Shown here: piece by piece, positions 24,026 to 37,703 of the stretch | How positions within the stretch are numbered: position 1 is the stretch's first letter | How the letters are laid out: each line of letters begins with the position of its first letter | NCBI GenBank assembly: GCA_039621445.1 | Contig: CP154954.1 | Location: forward strand, 45,487,847 to 45,551,846 | DNA: 64,000 nucleotides | Source of the DNA: Euglena gracilis | Taxonomy: Eukaryota | Direction: 5' to 3' | Notes under the pieces: generated by a model | The model's input: only the letters and a program-made list of their open reading frames with translations | Told to the model about the DNA's origin: nothing | Databases searched by the model: none | Translations under genes and position numbers: made by a program

Positions 24026-26356
24026 GGGATTAGGGCACTGCGCATAATTAGGGCACTGCGCACTTTTTGGGGGGTTACTTCCAAAAGAAGGCCGCCAGTG
24101 ATGATGAAAAGCCTCCATATAGAAACAACCATTGATTGTGGATATTTTTTTTTAAAGTTGGTTCAATCTGAAAAATTTTTATCTCTTGCTTCTTCTTCTT
24201 TCTTCTTCTTCTTCTAAAGCTTTTCTTGCCCAAAATTTTATGTTTATATTATATACTGAAAAAAAGGAAACACCACAAATATTCCTAATCCCCCCAAAAC
24301 AATTTGTCCCCTGGAAAGTTAGTGGACCGATCCTTTTGATCCCAGCAGGATTTGGGCTGTTTTGCCTATTTTTTTTTTTTGGTCGAACCACCTCCCTCCC
24401 TAGACCCCCCGGGGGGTCCAGTCAGTGCCTTTTTCCAGCCAGCCGGTTGGACCCCTCCCCTGCAGGGTCCTTGAGAGATTCCCTTTTTTTTGGGCACGCA
24501 GTGCTCTAAAGTTATTTCGGGGGGTTCATACCATTTTTGTTGATGCTTTCACCCATTTTTTTTCTCCTCCATTTTGTCGCAACCAAAGCCACCCGCGCCA
24601 TCCCCTCCAATAAATCATAAACCCCCCAAATAAGACCCGCCCCACAAACTGGACCCGCAAAAAATAGCAACCCCCCTGGCCGGTACTGCCCAAATAACTT
24701 TGCAAGGGGTCAGGATCAGGCTTTTGCTCAAGGACCCCCTGGGGGAGGGGGGTGCTGGCTAGCCAATCGGCAAGACACTGGAAAAAGGGGACTAGCTAGA
24801 CCCCGGGGGGGGGGGGGGTCCGGGGGTCCCCCGAACTGGAAAAAAACTTTCCTCCGGCGCTGTGCGCGGAGGAAAATTGTGGTTTTTAATAGGTTTTTGG
24901 CTGATTTAGTTCCAAAAATTCCCAAAAATGGCCAAGAACGGGCATTTTTAGCCATTTTTGGGGGGTCCCAAAAAAATTTTCTGCGCTTCGCGCCGGTCAT
25001 TGGAAAAAAAATTCCACTAGCTAGCCCTGCTAGCAGACCCCCCCCCGGGGGGTCTGCTAGAAATTCCACGAGCCAAATTTGGACTAGCTGCAGTCCAGCC
25101 CCCCCCCCCCGGGAGGGGTACTGCAATCCCTTAAGCAAAAGCCTGGTCAGGATCATGCATTTTTCAGCTAATTTTTTGACGTGAACCCCCCCAAAAACGC
25201 ACCAAAAATGGCCATTTTTTGGCAATTTTGACCACTTTTTCAAGAATTTTGGCATTTTGTGCCGGAATTTTTTGGTAGAGACCGGCTTCGCCGGGCTGCG
25301 AAAACTTTTAACCGCTCGACCCGGGGGGTCGCAGCCCGGTGCTGGCTGGAAAAAGGTGTCGGCTGCCTGGACCCCCAGGGGGGGGGGTCCGGCTTAAGAA
25401 ATCCCCTGGCCAAATAACTTTGTGGGGGAAAGCCGAAGAAGATCAATCCAAATAACTTTGCCCCCTCTTTTCAATGAAAATGCGTGAAAAGTGGTGCATC
25501 TTTTGATGCATCTTTTTTTGGTTTTGGTTTTGGTGCATCCTCCAAGGAAAACAACCAGGGGTGGTTAGCACAAAAAAACTATCTAAAATGCCATAATGTA
25601 TTATTTGATGAATATATTATGTTGCAAACATTAACTAACAGCATATGACAACAAATCTCTTTTAAGAAACGTGGTCAATCGGTCCGTCAATGGTCCAAGC
25701 AAAAAATCCATGACATAGACCCCTGCTGGCGCGAAGCGCCGGATTTTTGATAAATGGGACATTTTTTGGGGGGGGGGGATAAATCTGCCATTTTGGGACA
25801 GTTTTTACAAAATTCAGCATATTTTCCCCCTATTTGTCTCTGTCTGGCGTGTCTGGCGCGAAGCGCCAAATTTTTCGAACATTGGTATTTTGGGGTGCAT
25901 TTTTGGACATTTTGGGGGGTCGAAAATTTTTCCAGCAAATATCCATAAAATGGACCCCCATAAAAAAGTAATTAAAACAAATAAGACCCCCCCTCGGGCT
26001 TTGCAGCAACCGACCCATGGACCTGGGGTCTTATTTTGGGGGTTTTATGGTGTGGAAAGGCACATATGCTGTATCACTGCTGAATTGCGGGGGGAAATAC
26101 ACCTGAAAGCGGCAAACATTTGCCTGGCAGCAAAAAAAAAGCCACTTCATTTATTAAAACAATTTTCTGTGAGACAGTCAGGGAGACATATGATGCTGCA
26201 AGGTTCAAAAACAACGACAATTTTTCTATTTGATTTTTTTTTGCTTCATTTCATTTTTTTTCCTAACATTTTTTTAATACAAAAATGGACCTTTCCCACT
26301 TGCATGTGTGAGGAGGTGTGCGTTAGTTCGCCCGCGTGTACACACATGTATATTTG

Positions 26357-29300
26357 TGTCCCCCCCCCTTATTGGCCAGAAGGGGGGTCCGGGCCGCCCG
26401 GGGGGTCACGTTATTGGTGTTGGTAATCGTAATCCTGAAAAAAGCCCAGGGGGGTCCCGATAAAACCCGATATATTGACCCCCCCGGTATCCTCGATAAA
26501 TCCGATAAATTCGATGTGGAGATGGGAAAAAAAAGACCCAAGTACCATGCCCCCCCCCCCCGAGCTATTCCCGTCCCTGGGACCCTTTACGGCCCAATGG
26601 GAACAGTACGGGGGGGGACAGCTTGGGGGGGGGGCCTAGGTCCCCCTGTTGCGAGTGGGGAATTCATTAGGTTGTATCAAATGCTGCCGGTTTCATCTGA
26701 CGGCTGGTGCAATGCCATCTGCCGCCTCAACGAGCAGAAGCACGGGGGAGGGGGTGTTGGCTGGGACCACCAACCGCCGCCTGAGGGACAGTGGAATTCA
26801 AGATTGTTACCCACATGACGCAGCCATGCGCCATCTGCTATAAACTGATCACCCCTAACTTCATCTCCTCTAAAGTACAAGTCATTTATACACCCCTTTG
26901 AGCAAGGATGGACATTGATAACCGTGACCCCCCCCTATTTGTCCCCCCCCCTAATTGGCCAGAGCCCAGGTGGCCAATTAGGGGGGGGGGTCCCCATGTG
27001 TATTAACCCTAGTTGGGCGGCTCTTTGGGGTAGCAGGTACCTTGTAGGGGCCAATTTATCACGTTTCTGAACAGCCGGCTGTAGTCCTCAAAAGCCGGGG
27101 CTTAAAAGTTCACAAAGGGGGGGATTGCGAGAAAATGGTGGTCGGCCCGACCGTGGTAAGGGGTGGGGGGTTACTCATTTCAAGGGAAAATGCATTTATT
27201 CGGGTGCCTAAAATTGACCCTTTTTTGCGAACGTCCAAAAAAGTTGCCAAAAATGACCCCTTTTGGGTTGCCCGAGGGTCGGGTATGGGAATTGGCAGTG
27301 AAGCGTGTGTTGTGGGGATGGAGGGAGGCAAAAAAAGCCCTGCAGACGAATGGGTGACACTGCATAGTCTGGGGTTCGGCATGTCTGACGAGGACCCTCG
27401 GCCACCAGGGGGGGGGGTCTCCATTTTGCCGTGCCGAGGGGGGGTCCACCGTGGCGGACAGCCTGAATTTCCCAAAGGAAAATTCATTGGTATGGTTCGG
27501 CACATGCTGTGAGGGGGGTCAGCTGACGGGGTGGGGGGTCCCATTTTGCCGTGCCGAGGGGGTCCGACCACCTGGGGGGGGGTTGCCAAACCTCCCATGG
27601 TGCGCTATAGAGGCAGCAATTTTTTTTCTGGAACTCCACCCACGGTCGTGGTGTGTGGCAACCGCGCCTCCCAATGATGACCCCTTGCATGCAAACAATA
27701 TCCTTGTAGTTCTTTGCGACCACAAGCAAACCGTCGTCTTGGCAACCACGGTTGAACACAGTCACCTTGGCTTTCCATTGCTCTCTTGGTTTTACTTTTA
27801 GAAAACCAGCAGGAAAATGTAACCAGCCTAGGCATGTCCAGGAGGCATCAATGTAGCATTCATCCCCTCTAGATGCACTGGCGCTTTCCAAGTGATGGAT
27901 TTTGTGGTGGACAGGCCTTTCTACACACAAATTGTGGCTGAGTCCAGATTTCATCCTGAAAACGTGTTCAGGAGGGGGCCCCCGAAGGGGGCCCCCTGAA
28001 CACGTTTTCAGGCTGAAATCTGGGCTCAGCCACAAATTTGTTTAAAAACGTGTTCAGAGCCCGCCAAATGCCTGCCCTGAAATTCGTGGTCATGATTCAC
28101 GCAAGGGGTCAAAAACGCGAAAATGTGAAGTTCGGACCCCAAAAAACAGCGCCCTAATGGAAAACGTGCCAGACCACAAATGCCTTAATGGAAAACGTGT
28201 CATTGCCACAGATGCATTAATGGAAAACGTGCCTGACCACAGATGTCTTAATGGAAAACGTGTCATTGCCACAAATGCCCTCACTGAAAACGTGTCACCC
28301 CCCCCCCCTTTTTCCGCAGCCCTCCTATTATGGCTAAACACACGGCAAACTTTGTGAATGGTCTTTTGATGCCAAGGAGCGGGGGGGGGGAAATGTGTGT
28401 CGCATTTTTTCGCATTTTTGCGTTTTTTTTTGCGCATTTTCTGGATTTTTGGGAAAATGCGCATTTTTTTGTTTTTTTTGCGCATTTTTTTTTTTTATCT
28501 TTTTCTTTTTTTTTGTTTTTTTGTTTTTTCTCTTTTTTTTTTTTTTTTTTCGCATTTTTTTTGCAATTTTTGCGCGGCATTTTTTGTTTTTTTTTGCATT
28601 TTTTTTGTTGCAATTTTATTTTTCGCTTTCGCGCATTTTTTCGAATTTTTTTTTTCTTTTTTTTTCCGCGCATTTTTTTTTTTTTTTATTTTTTTTTTTT
28701 TTCGATTTTTTTCGCGCATTTTTTTGCATCTTAAGAATTTCCGGCTTTTTTTTAACATGTTGCAGTTTCATTTTGGTTTTTTTTATTTTGATTGTGTATT
28801 ATCAAATTGCTCTTTGACCAATGTTGCATTGATGCTGAGTTATGTTGTTTGATTTGCGCTCTGTTCGGCTTTTTGCGCATTTTTTGCATTTTCCCACCTT
28901 TTTTTTCACTTTTTGGAGGCATTTTGTCCATATTCAAGAAAAAAGCTTTGGGTGATGAGGTGTGGGTGTTCATCTAATGATGATGAGGACACTAGGGTTT
29001 TCAGAGACCCCGCATCGAATCCTACTCCCCTGGTCACAAGTAAGAAGCACCATGGCTGACATTGTTGGTTATGGTGAACAGAGAGTGACGCCTTGCTGAT
29101 GCATTTTTTTTTGGCCAAAAATGCCTTCATTTCAGCTGTTTTTGGTGATTTTGGTTTAATTTTGGGCTCATTGTTGGAAATTTTCTAAGTCCTTTTTCTC
29201 TTAGGAATGTACAAACTCAGCGCATTTTTTGCGCATTTTTTTTGCGCATTTTTTGCACATATTTGCGCATTTTTGCGAGGGCCACCCAGCGCATCCCCCC

Positions 29301-31481
29301 CCCCCCCTGCAAGAAGCCGAAGGTTGACCCCCTTGCTGGCACAGGGCAACACGAAGAAAAAGTCTGGCTCCGTAGGTGCAGAGCTTGCTGCTGTTGCCAA
29401 CTGTTTGGAGTTCGCCAAACTGTGTCAACATCGGCAAGCCTCTTATCCTGAGTTGGATGCTTTCTTTGTTGCCTGGACGGGATGGGAGCTGGAATCCAGC
29501 CTCCCATCAGCAGCTCATCATCAGCTACGGCGCGGAACGTTGCTCGGTGGTCAACTTGGGCAAATTTTTGCGCCCCGCCAAGTGAGGAACACTCGGTCGA
29601 AAATCAGGACCTGACTGATGTTCCGTCTGTGTTTCCCACCGCCGAGCAACGTTCCGCTCCTGCTGTCAGCAGCTCCGTAGCGCCTCCCTCCCCTGACCAA
29701 CCCCCTGTGCCTCGTGCTGTGTCCCGACTGCCTATAAAACAGGAGAAATGTGGTTTTTGTGGTGTTGCCATTCCCAAAAATCCAAATTGTGTGGAGCTGA
29801 ACAAAGTTGTGTGTGACGCCTGCGGTTTGGAATATCATTTTCATTGCCAAGATTTGCGGTGGCCACCAAAGCATGGCTCTTTTTTGTGTAAATCGTGTCG
29901 TGTTCCGTGATGTCCGCCACTCCGTGTCGGAGTGCTCCAAGGCAACGTCTAGCCTTCTGTTGTGTTGTAGAGTGCCCCCGACCCGCCTCACTCATTGAGG
30001 ACCACCTCGGCCTCTCAACTGCTCACCGATTTTTCGTGATAGCGATTTTTGCTTCTTGCTCGGGGTTGCCACAGATGCCTTAATGGAAAACGTGCCTGAC
30101 CATAAATGCCTTAATGGAAAACGTGTCATTGCCACAGATGCCTTAATGGAAAACGTGCCTGACCACAGATGCCTTAATGGAAAACGTGTCATTGCCACAA
30201 ATGCCCTCATGGAAAACGTGTTCATGACCATGAATTTCAGGGCAGGCATTTGGCGGGCTGAACACGTTTTTTAAGGTTTGCCGTCGGTTACTTTTATGTT
30301 TCTTGGCGGGGTACCATGCCCCCCTATATAAGACCCCCCCTCGGGAGCCAAAGTCCCAGGGGGGGTCTTATTTGGGGGGGCATGGTACCCCGCCAAGAAA
30401 CATAAAAGTTACCGACGGCAACCTTGAAACCTTGAACCCGGCCAAAGGGACGGCCTTCGGCCGGCCAGGGGGGGGGGTCTTATATGGGGGGGATGGTAAC
30501 CAAATTGCTTCGATCAAACCGTGGGTCACCCCTTCTCGCTGTGACGTTGTCTCGTGGGTGTTAGATGCCTGGGAACAACTGCCCGTAAACGTGTTGGAGA
30601 AAGGCATGACGAAGCATGTCCTTGTCCCAGCAACCACAAACCCCAACCTGCCTGCACCTGACATTCCCCTGCCACCTGTTCCATCCCAAATAGATGAGGT
30701 ATTGGCAACACTCTCGAACTTGGCCTTACCCAATGAGGCTGGGGAAGAAGAGCAACGCCAAGATGATGCAATGGATATGGGTGGCCAAGATACACCAAGG
30801 GGGTCCCGGGGGACCCACTCAAAGACAGGTCTCCCAATTGGCACCACAACATGGCAGATGTAGTTGTCATAGTGTCCACAATGGAAAGCAGTCTCCTGCA
30901 CCTTCTCCTGGCGTATATTGTCTGTGAAACACCAAAATACAGAGAAGAAGTTGGCACGGGGTATGTGTCATTGAATGCTGTGACATGTGCAATGTACCAT
31001 GGAGAAAATGGCATTTTGGGCATGGGAGAAGTGCGGTTGACACAAGGTGTGTTTCACGGACCAACCTGTCAAACACAAGGGGGGGGGTAGCTTTCGTCAA
31101 TGCATATCACGTCAGTATGTCAAAGCACACCCAACTCCTAGAAAGCCCTCTCCCCCGTAAGCAATTAATTGGTGCCTGTTTGTCCGACAGCATTAATGGC
31201 AATAGAAAGATCGGTTGGTTGGTACAAGAATTATGCAGCAGTTTGCTTTCTCGTTGTAGAATGCTCTTTAAAGCAAATGGATGTGCGGGTGGGTGGGTTT
31301 ATCGGGCAGCAGCTGTGGTGAATGCTTTGGGCCATCTCTTCTTAGCCCATCGATAGGGATGGTGATATGGGGGGTTTTTTTCTTTTTCAAAAAAAAGCAA
31401 CAACAAGTGCTTTTGTTGGTTTCAAAAAATCCACCGTCCATTTTTTTTTTGGATTTGGAATCGCGGCATCTGGTTGTCTCC
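26357..31481. repeat. ~5 kb composite repeat, copy 2 (TTAA element 28042-30274; PHD ORF 29482-29910)
   Basis: Near-identical to 4853-9906 except for small indels and a poly-T-expanded tract at ~28465-28700. Confidence 0.95.
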
Positions 31482-31616
31482 TGTTTCTTTGTCCAGGTCC
31501 GGCAACAAGGCCCATCGCGCAAAAATTGATTTGGAAATGAAATTGATAGCAAACAAGGCAAGCTAGTGCTAAACTGCTGTGAGCCTCTGGACTGTTCAGG
31601 TGCCTCGCGGAAAAGT

Positions 31617-34600
31617 TCATGTGGCAGCAGCCAGCCGGTCCACCGTGGCCTGCAGGATTCGTTTCTGCAGCACGCGGAATCGCACGCACGTCCGCACGTT
31701 GGGCGACAGCTGCGGGTCCTCCAGCAGCGCGAGGTCCTCGGCGACGGTGGTGGGGTAGGCGGCGAGCAGCTGCCGGCAGCGGGCCAGGACGACCGCCTCG
31801 GGGAAGCCCCGGCTGTGGTCCAGGCTGTGGAGGGCCCGGGTGCTGGCATGGCGCCGCCTGCAACCCGGCCTGGCAACCCGGCCCGGCAAGCCGGCCCGGC
31901 AACCCGGCCCGGCAACCCGGCCCGGCAACCCGGCCTGGCAACCCGGCCCGCCCAAAGAAAAGGGACCTCTGCCCTCCCGGAACTCCCAGCCCATCCCCAG
32001 TGATGCGGCCTGGAGGCATCCGCCAGGGGGCACCTGGAAGTTGAAAGGGGGGGGGCTCTCCAAAGAGGCGATGGGCATCCTGAAAATGCATTTGGTTGCT
32101 GCTGAGAGATGTTGCATGAGTATCGACTTTTGTGCGAGCTGCTGACAAACGAAGGTGGTATGAACCATTTTGACTCCCAGAAACCACCCCTCCCAAATGC
32201 AGCCCCACCCACCCCTGGGTCTTTCATTCTGGCTACGAGATGTAGACTCCCAAGAAATGCCGACAGGGTGAAGCTTGGAAGTCGGAAGGCATCAGACGCG
32301 AAAATTCTCATTTTGCTTCGCTGGTTACTAAAACTTTCTGTGAAGAAAACAACCTTCAGTGATTGAAAGCTCACTATGAAAAGTTGCATGAGAAATAATG
32401 ATGATAATAATAATAATAATGCCTTTTGGATTGCAGAAATGAAAAAATGGAAATGGGAAAAAAATAGAAATGAAGAATGGAAAATTTGCTTGAAAACGTA
32501 GCCATAGTGAATCTGAGACCCAGAAAAATGTCCGATTGTTCTGCAAAACGAAAGAATGGCATATTTTTAGAGGAGAGAATTTGTGTCTCTCTTTTGGAAC
32601 TGTCAAAGATAATTTACTGGAACTGAACCCGCCCATCAGGTGTCGCTTTTTTGCCTTTCCACGGTTTTGCCCACAACAAGATTGATCTGAACTGGAAATA
32701 AATGCTGGTCATGAGGGAAATATAAAAAACATTAGGTTGAAAGAAGCTGGAATGCAATTCCAAATGCTGTGCTTAAAAATTTCCTGGGAAATAATCTATC
32801 TGCAAGTCCCAAAAGACGCAAGACAGGCGTCCGGGGGAGATAACAAGGAAAATAATGATGCGAAGTCAAAGTGGTGACCTCTGATTTTGCTTCCTGTCGC
32901 ATTTGCACATACTGTCAAGCAAGGAACGAATGGCTGCCTGAAACCTCAAGAGGCACCATGGATGAGGCGCCCATCCACCATTGAGGCTGCAACAAATAAC
33001 CGGCAAGGCTCTGAGTCAAAGCCAATCCTGACTTGATCTGGGTCTTGTGTAAATAAAAAGGCGCACACTCACGCACTACCTCGGGCCTGCACGAGTGTCC
33101 GAGTGAACTGCTCCAAAGCTGAAAAATTTGGTTGGCTCTGGCTGGGAAAAAAAACTGAATGGTGCTGGGGGGGGTTAGGGGGTAGACAGGGGTAACTTCC
33201 CTCTGAGTGATCCCTGTCTGGAACCCCAGGGGTTTTTGTGACAAACTTGTCGCTTCCACGTCAAGGGTCAGACTCAGAGCCTCTGCCTATTCAAGCTCGG
33301 GCTACAAACGGCAGAAATGCCCCCCAGGCTGTACTTGGAGGTGTTGGAGTTGTGTTGGAGTTGTACTTGGAGGGTTGACTCTGGACAGGGGCTAAATTGT
33401 GCTTGAGCTTCCGCTGTAGGTCCTTGGCCGAGACCCAGCGCCACCTGTGAGTGGGTGGGTGATGGCACTGGGGATGGGGCAAGCCAGAGGTTGAGAAAGC
33501 GAGGCACAACGGGCTTCAAGCCAAAAGGCCAAAAGGCTGATGAAGGAAAGGCAGGCGATGGCGGGGTCATGGACCTGCTGGCCAAGAATGTGGAGCAGAA
33601 CTCGGCAAGGTCCCGGACCCGCTCGAACACGACCACGTTATCGTACGGGTTGTGGTCCAACACAAATCCGTAGGAGAGGTAGAGTACCCGGTTGGGAAAC
33701 TTGCCATATTGGACAGTGACCTCCTGGCTGCAGGGCACCCATCATGACTACGCAAAAGCTAACATGGATATTGCATGAATGTGCATATTATTCTAAAGAA
33801 AAATATATACATACATTCATATTCAAAGTAAACACTTATATGGGAGGGTGACATTTGCCCCCCAAGGTCCTGGGCTAATTGAAAGAATGGGGTTGGGGTC
33901 GCTTAGCTCTTGTCTCTTCAGAGGAAGAGCGAAGCTGGCCACTGGGGAAAAAGGGGGGGGGTAGAACACCCCTACCTGACTCATCTACCGAGGGGCTGGG
34001 GGGGGTAGAACCCCCCCCCCTGGTAGGTGATGAAAACTGCAGATCATCATCAAGACCCCAGTCCCGTCCCCTGGACTGTTTCCGGATCACCTCCATTTGA
34101 ACCAAACTCCCTGCCAGGCCCAAGCCATTCACCCGTGAAGGGGTCCAAACTGGGTAGGATTCACCAAATCCGACTCTGTCATTTCGCAGGGGTGAGATTT
34201 CGGTCAAAGAATCGATTTTTCGAAAATATCTCGAGAAAACGTACATTATCTAATATTATTATTATTATTATCGTGTCGGCAAGACGAAATGTGCCCCTGG
34301 AGGCCCTCTATCGCTCCCCATTCGCCATTTTGGCCGCCGACACGCCTGGCCTGTGTTCCAACGCGCTTTTTGGCAAAACAGCCATTTTGGGGTGATTTTT
34401 GGGCCGTTATTTTTTTGGTAAAAAAACCCTGATTTTTTCAAATTCAATTTTCTCGACAATGAAGCAAAATCAAAGGAAATGTTTAGAGACCAAAAATGAA
34501 GCCCTTTGAATAGCCTATCCAACCATGCTTCAGTTTTCTCCCAATTCTTCGTGTAGCCTGAGCTGCGGCCATTTTTTTGGCTAATTTCGGCCCATTTCAT

Positions 34601-37574
34601 TTTTGGACTCTTTTTGGGGACAAAAAAATCGCTGTTTCCATTATATCTCGGAAATGAAGCAAAATAAAAGAAAATGTCCAGAGACTGAAATTGAAGCCCT
34701 TTGAACGCCCTATCTAATGGTATATTGGTTTCCCTGTAACTCCCCGCAAAGCCCGAGATATAGCCGATTTTAAGGCCCAAAAAAAGCTTTTGTTTTTGAC
34801 ATTTCGGGCCAAAAAAAGGAAACAATCAAAATTTTTGCTCAAATCGATGTCTCTTGGCCTCCCGGACCCAGAAAACCTGTTTTCGAGCCGAAAATGAGCG
34901 TTTTTTGACCCCTCATCCTGTTTTCGGCCCAAAACCCATGGCCCGGGGGGGGGGGGGCCAGCCGGCGGCCCGGGCCGGGGAAGCCCAAAGAGACGGCTTT
35001 GGGTAATTTTTTCCGATTTTTTCGACATTTTTGACCTGGAAATGACCCCAAATGCAAACCAAGGGCTGGGCCGGGCCGGGTCGGGTCCCCCTGGCTGCCA
35101 CAAGCCTCAAACATGTAAAGAGCTCAGCACTACACAAAACCTGGTTAGGCGTAACGTTAAGCATAACTCCTTTGCCCTAACTAAAATAGATGCATGCATG
35201 CATGCATGGGAAAAAACCAACAAATGACACCAGAAAGTGTCGAAATACAATGTGTTCTGTTTGTTTTCACCAAATGGAGTGCTCTGCTAGGCCCCTTTGT
35301 ACACCCGCGCTCCCGGTCACCAACTGGACGGCAGGCTTGTCTGAGGAATCGAATTTCAAGACAGCGTTGGCGGCGAAACTGTGGTTGGCAAATTCACGCA
35401 GCAGGATGGCAAACGGAACTTACGCTCCGTAGGGGGACCCGTGGGACCTCCGTCACTTTGCATGGAGCTGCATCAGACTGCCAGAAGGGGTGGGGTAATT
35501 TTCTCAAAAGATCCAGAAATTTTGCAAATGGCATTGGTTTTTTTGGGGGAAAGGAACACCTCAAAAAAAGACAACGATGGCAAAGAACATACAGTGACAG
35601 AAATTTTGGCAAAATACCCAAATTTTGCCGTAATTTCTTTTCTCGTAATTTTCTCACTCCGTCGGTTTCCGACGCCCTCTTGGGAAGCCGCAAGCACAAT
35701 GCTGGGACGGTCATGCTTTGACTTCTCAGAGTCAATGAGGACGCACTGTGTCTTAGTGGTCCGCAAAACAACCGTCACACACAAACTCGTCACAGCGAAC
35801 GCACTTATGGGCTGTTTGTGTGCTACATTCACAAGGATGTGTGGGCTCAGCACGAAGGGATGCTTTGAGGCAGGGCGGTTCAAAAGCAAATAAAAAAAAC
35901 TCCGCTGTCACAGCACATTCAATGAAAAATCCATAGAGAAACATCTTGCACCTCAGCCATTTCGGAATCTGTCAGAATACGCTTGCGGCCACGTTTTTCA
36001 TGCCGTAATATGAACCATTGTCCTTCCAAAATTTCAAGCAGCGATTAACTGTACTCCAAGGAAGAATAATCTCTTTGAACTCACTCTTGGCATGGCGATC
36101 AATAGCTCCTCGAATCCCATGTTGGCGTGCCCAATCTGTGACGGTTTTTGTGTAACCGTCTGTCCAAACATGAGGTTTTGCCTTGGAAGATGCAACCTCA
36201 TCCAGCACAACACGTGGGACGGCATGTGAATTCATGGCTAAATTGGAGAAAATGAGAAACTGAAACTTACTTCTTTTAATAAGCAGAGGGAAGAAAGAAA
36301 TTTTTTAGGAAAAAACCAGATTTTGCCAAAATTTATTTTGCCAAAATAAAAAATTTGCCAAAAATTTTTTCTCGTATTTTTTTTGCCGTAATTTTTGTTT
36401 TCCGTAATTTTTAGCCACACTGTAAACGAAAAAATACATATTCTCGAGGGTGATGGTATAAAACCCCCAAAAATACCAAAAAAATCCTAAAAATCACAGG
36501 AATTGTTTCCCCCTTATTCTGGGGGCATCTCTGCCCAAAAAAAACTCTGTCTGTCCAAAAAAAAAATCAAAATTACTCACTCCCCAAAATGGGACAATGA
36601 GAAAACAACTCAAATACTTCAAACCCGGGTTCTTCTTAAGGACTGCTGGGGGGGGATGGAAAAAGGTTATGGTTGGAAAAAAGGTGCTGGCTGGACCTTC
36701 TCTGGGGGTGGGTTTGGGGGGGGGGGGGCAGCCAGTTGGCAGCTGGACATGCCTGGGACCCGAAAACAGGCAAAAAAAATCCAAATCCAGCTTGGCCGGA
36801 TTTTAGCCAAAATTCTGAGGCAAGAACCCAAAACCCCTCAAAAATACCATCCTTGACCCCCCTTTTCAAAAATTTAGTGTTTTGTGCCGAAACTTCCAGC
36901 GCTGCTCCGCCAGGCTGGTAACAACTTTCAGTGGACCCCAGGGTGGATCCACAGCCTGGCTGGGAGCTGCTGGATGGGGAAAACATTGCTGGCTGGATCC
37001 CCCTCTCCTGGATCGCCCCCCTCCGGTTGTCAAAACCCCTGCTTCGGACACAGACCGAGACAAAAACGTTTGACAGAAGAGAAGAAATAATAGAATTTCG
37101 AGAAGAGCAGGAAGTTATACAGGGAGATGGCAAAAGAGAGGGAGAAGCGCACATTCTGCAAAATTAAAAAAACACAAAAAGTAATTAATTATCTCTGATG
37201 ACCTTTAGCCAGCCATGCTCAGAAATAAAGGTGTCCAAGACATTGGATTTCAGGTATTTGCAAGGGATAAAAACAAAATCCTTGCTGTTGTGCAAAATTT
37301 GGCTCAAGCTTTTTGCTTTGCCATCCTTGCCCCCCAAAACTTGCATCGGTACGCTCCTTTTAGGAACCAAATTTCGGACCTCGGGGCTGCGCACTTATTA
37401 GGGGGTGTGCGCAATTAGTATGGGGTGAAGCTTGACGATGCTGTCAAAAAAAAGACAATCTTAGGCGGCCTAATTTGCACTTAGCTCGTAAAAATGGACT
37501 TGCCTTGTGCAATCGAAAACGTTTCTGAATTCATTTATGGACTTTATTTCTTTATTAATGGACTTTTATTTATT

Positions 37575-37641
<67 letters not shown>

Positions 37642-37662
37642 GTTATTTATTTATTTATTTAT

Positions 37663-37703
<41 letters not shown>

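Noticed and set aside
26060-26210. Possible further dynamin exon (TAELRG, LHLLKQFS, FIKTIFCET)
   Set aside because: The resemblances fall in conflicting overlapping frames and I could not build a consistent splice model.
28465-28700. Poly-T expansion relative to copy 1 (also 9820-9890, and poly-C at 47190-47340 and 60870-60940)
   Set aside because: Looks like long-read consensus error in low-complexity DNA; the F/K/P-rich ORFs there are not credible.
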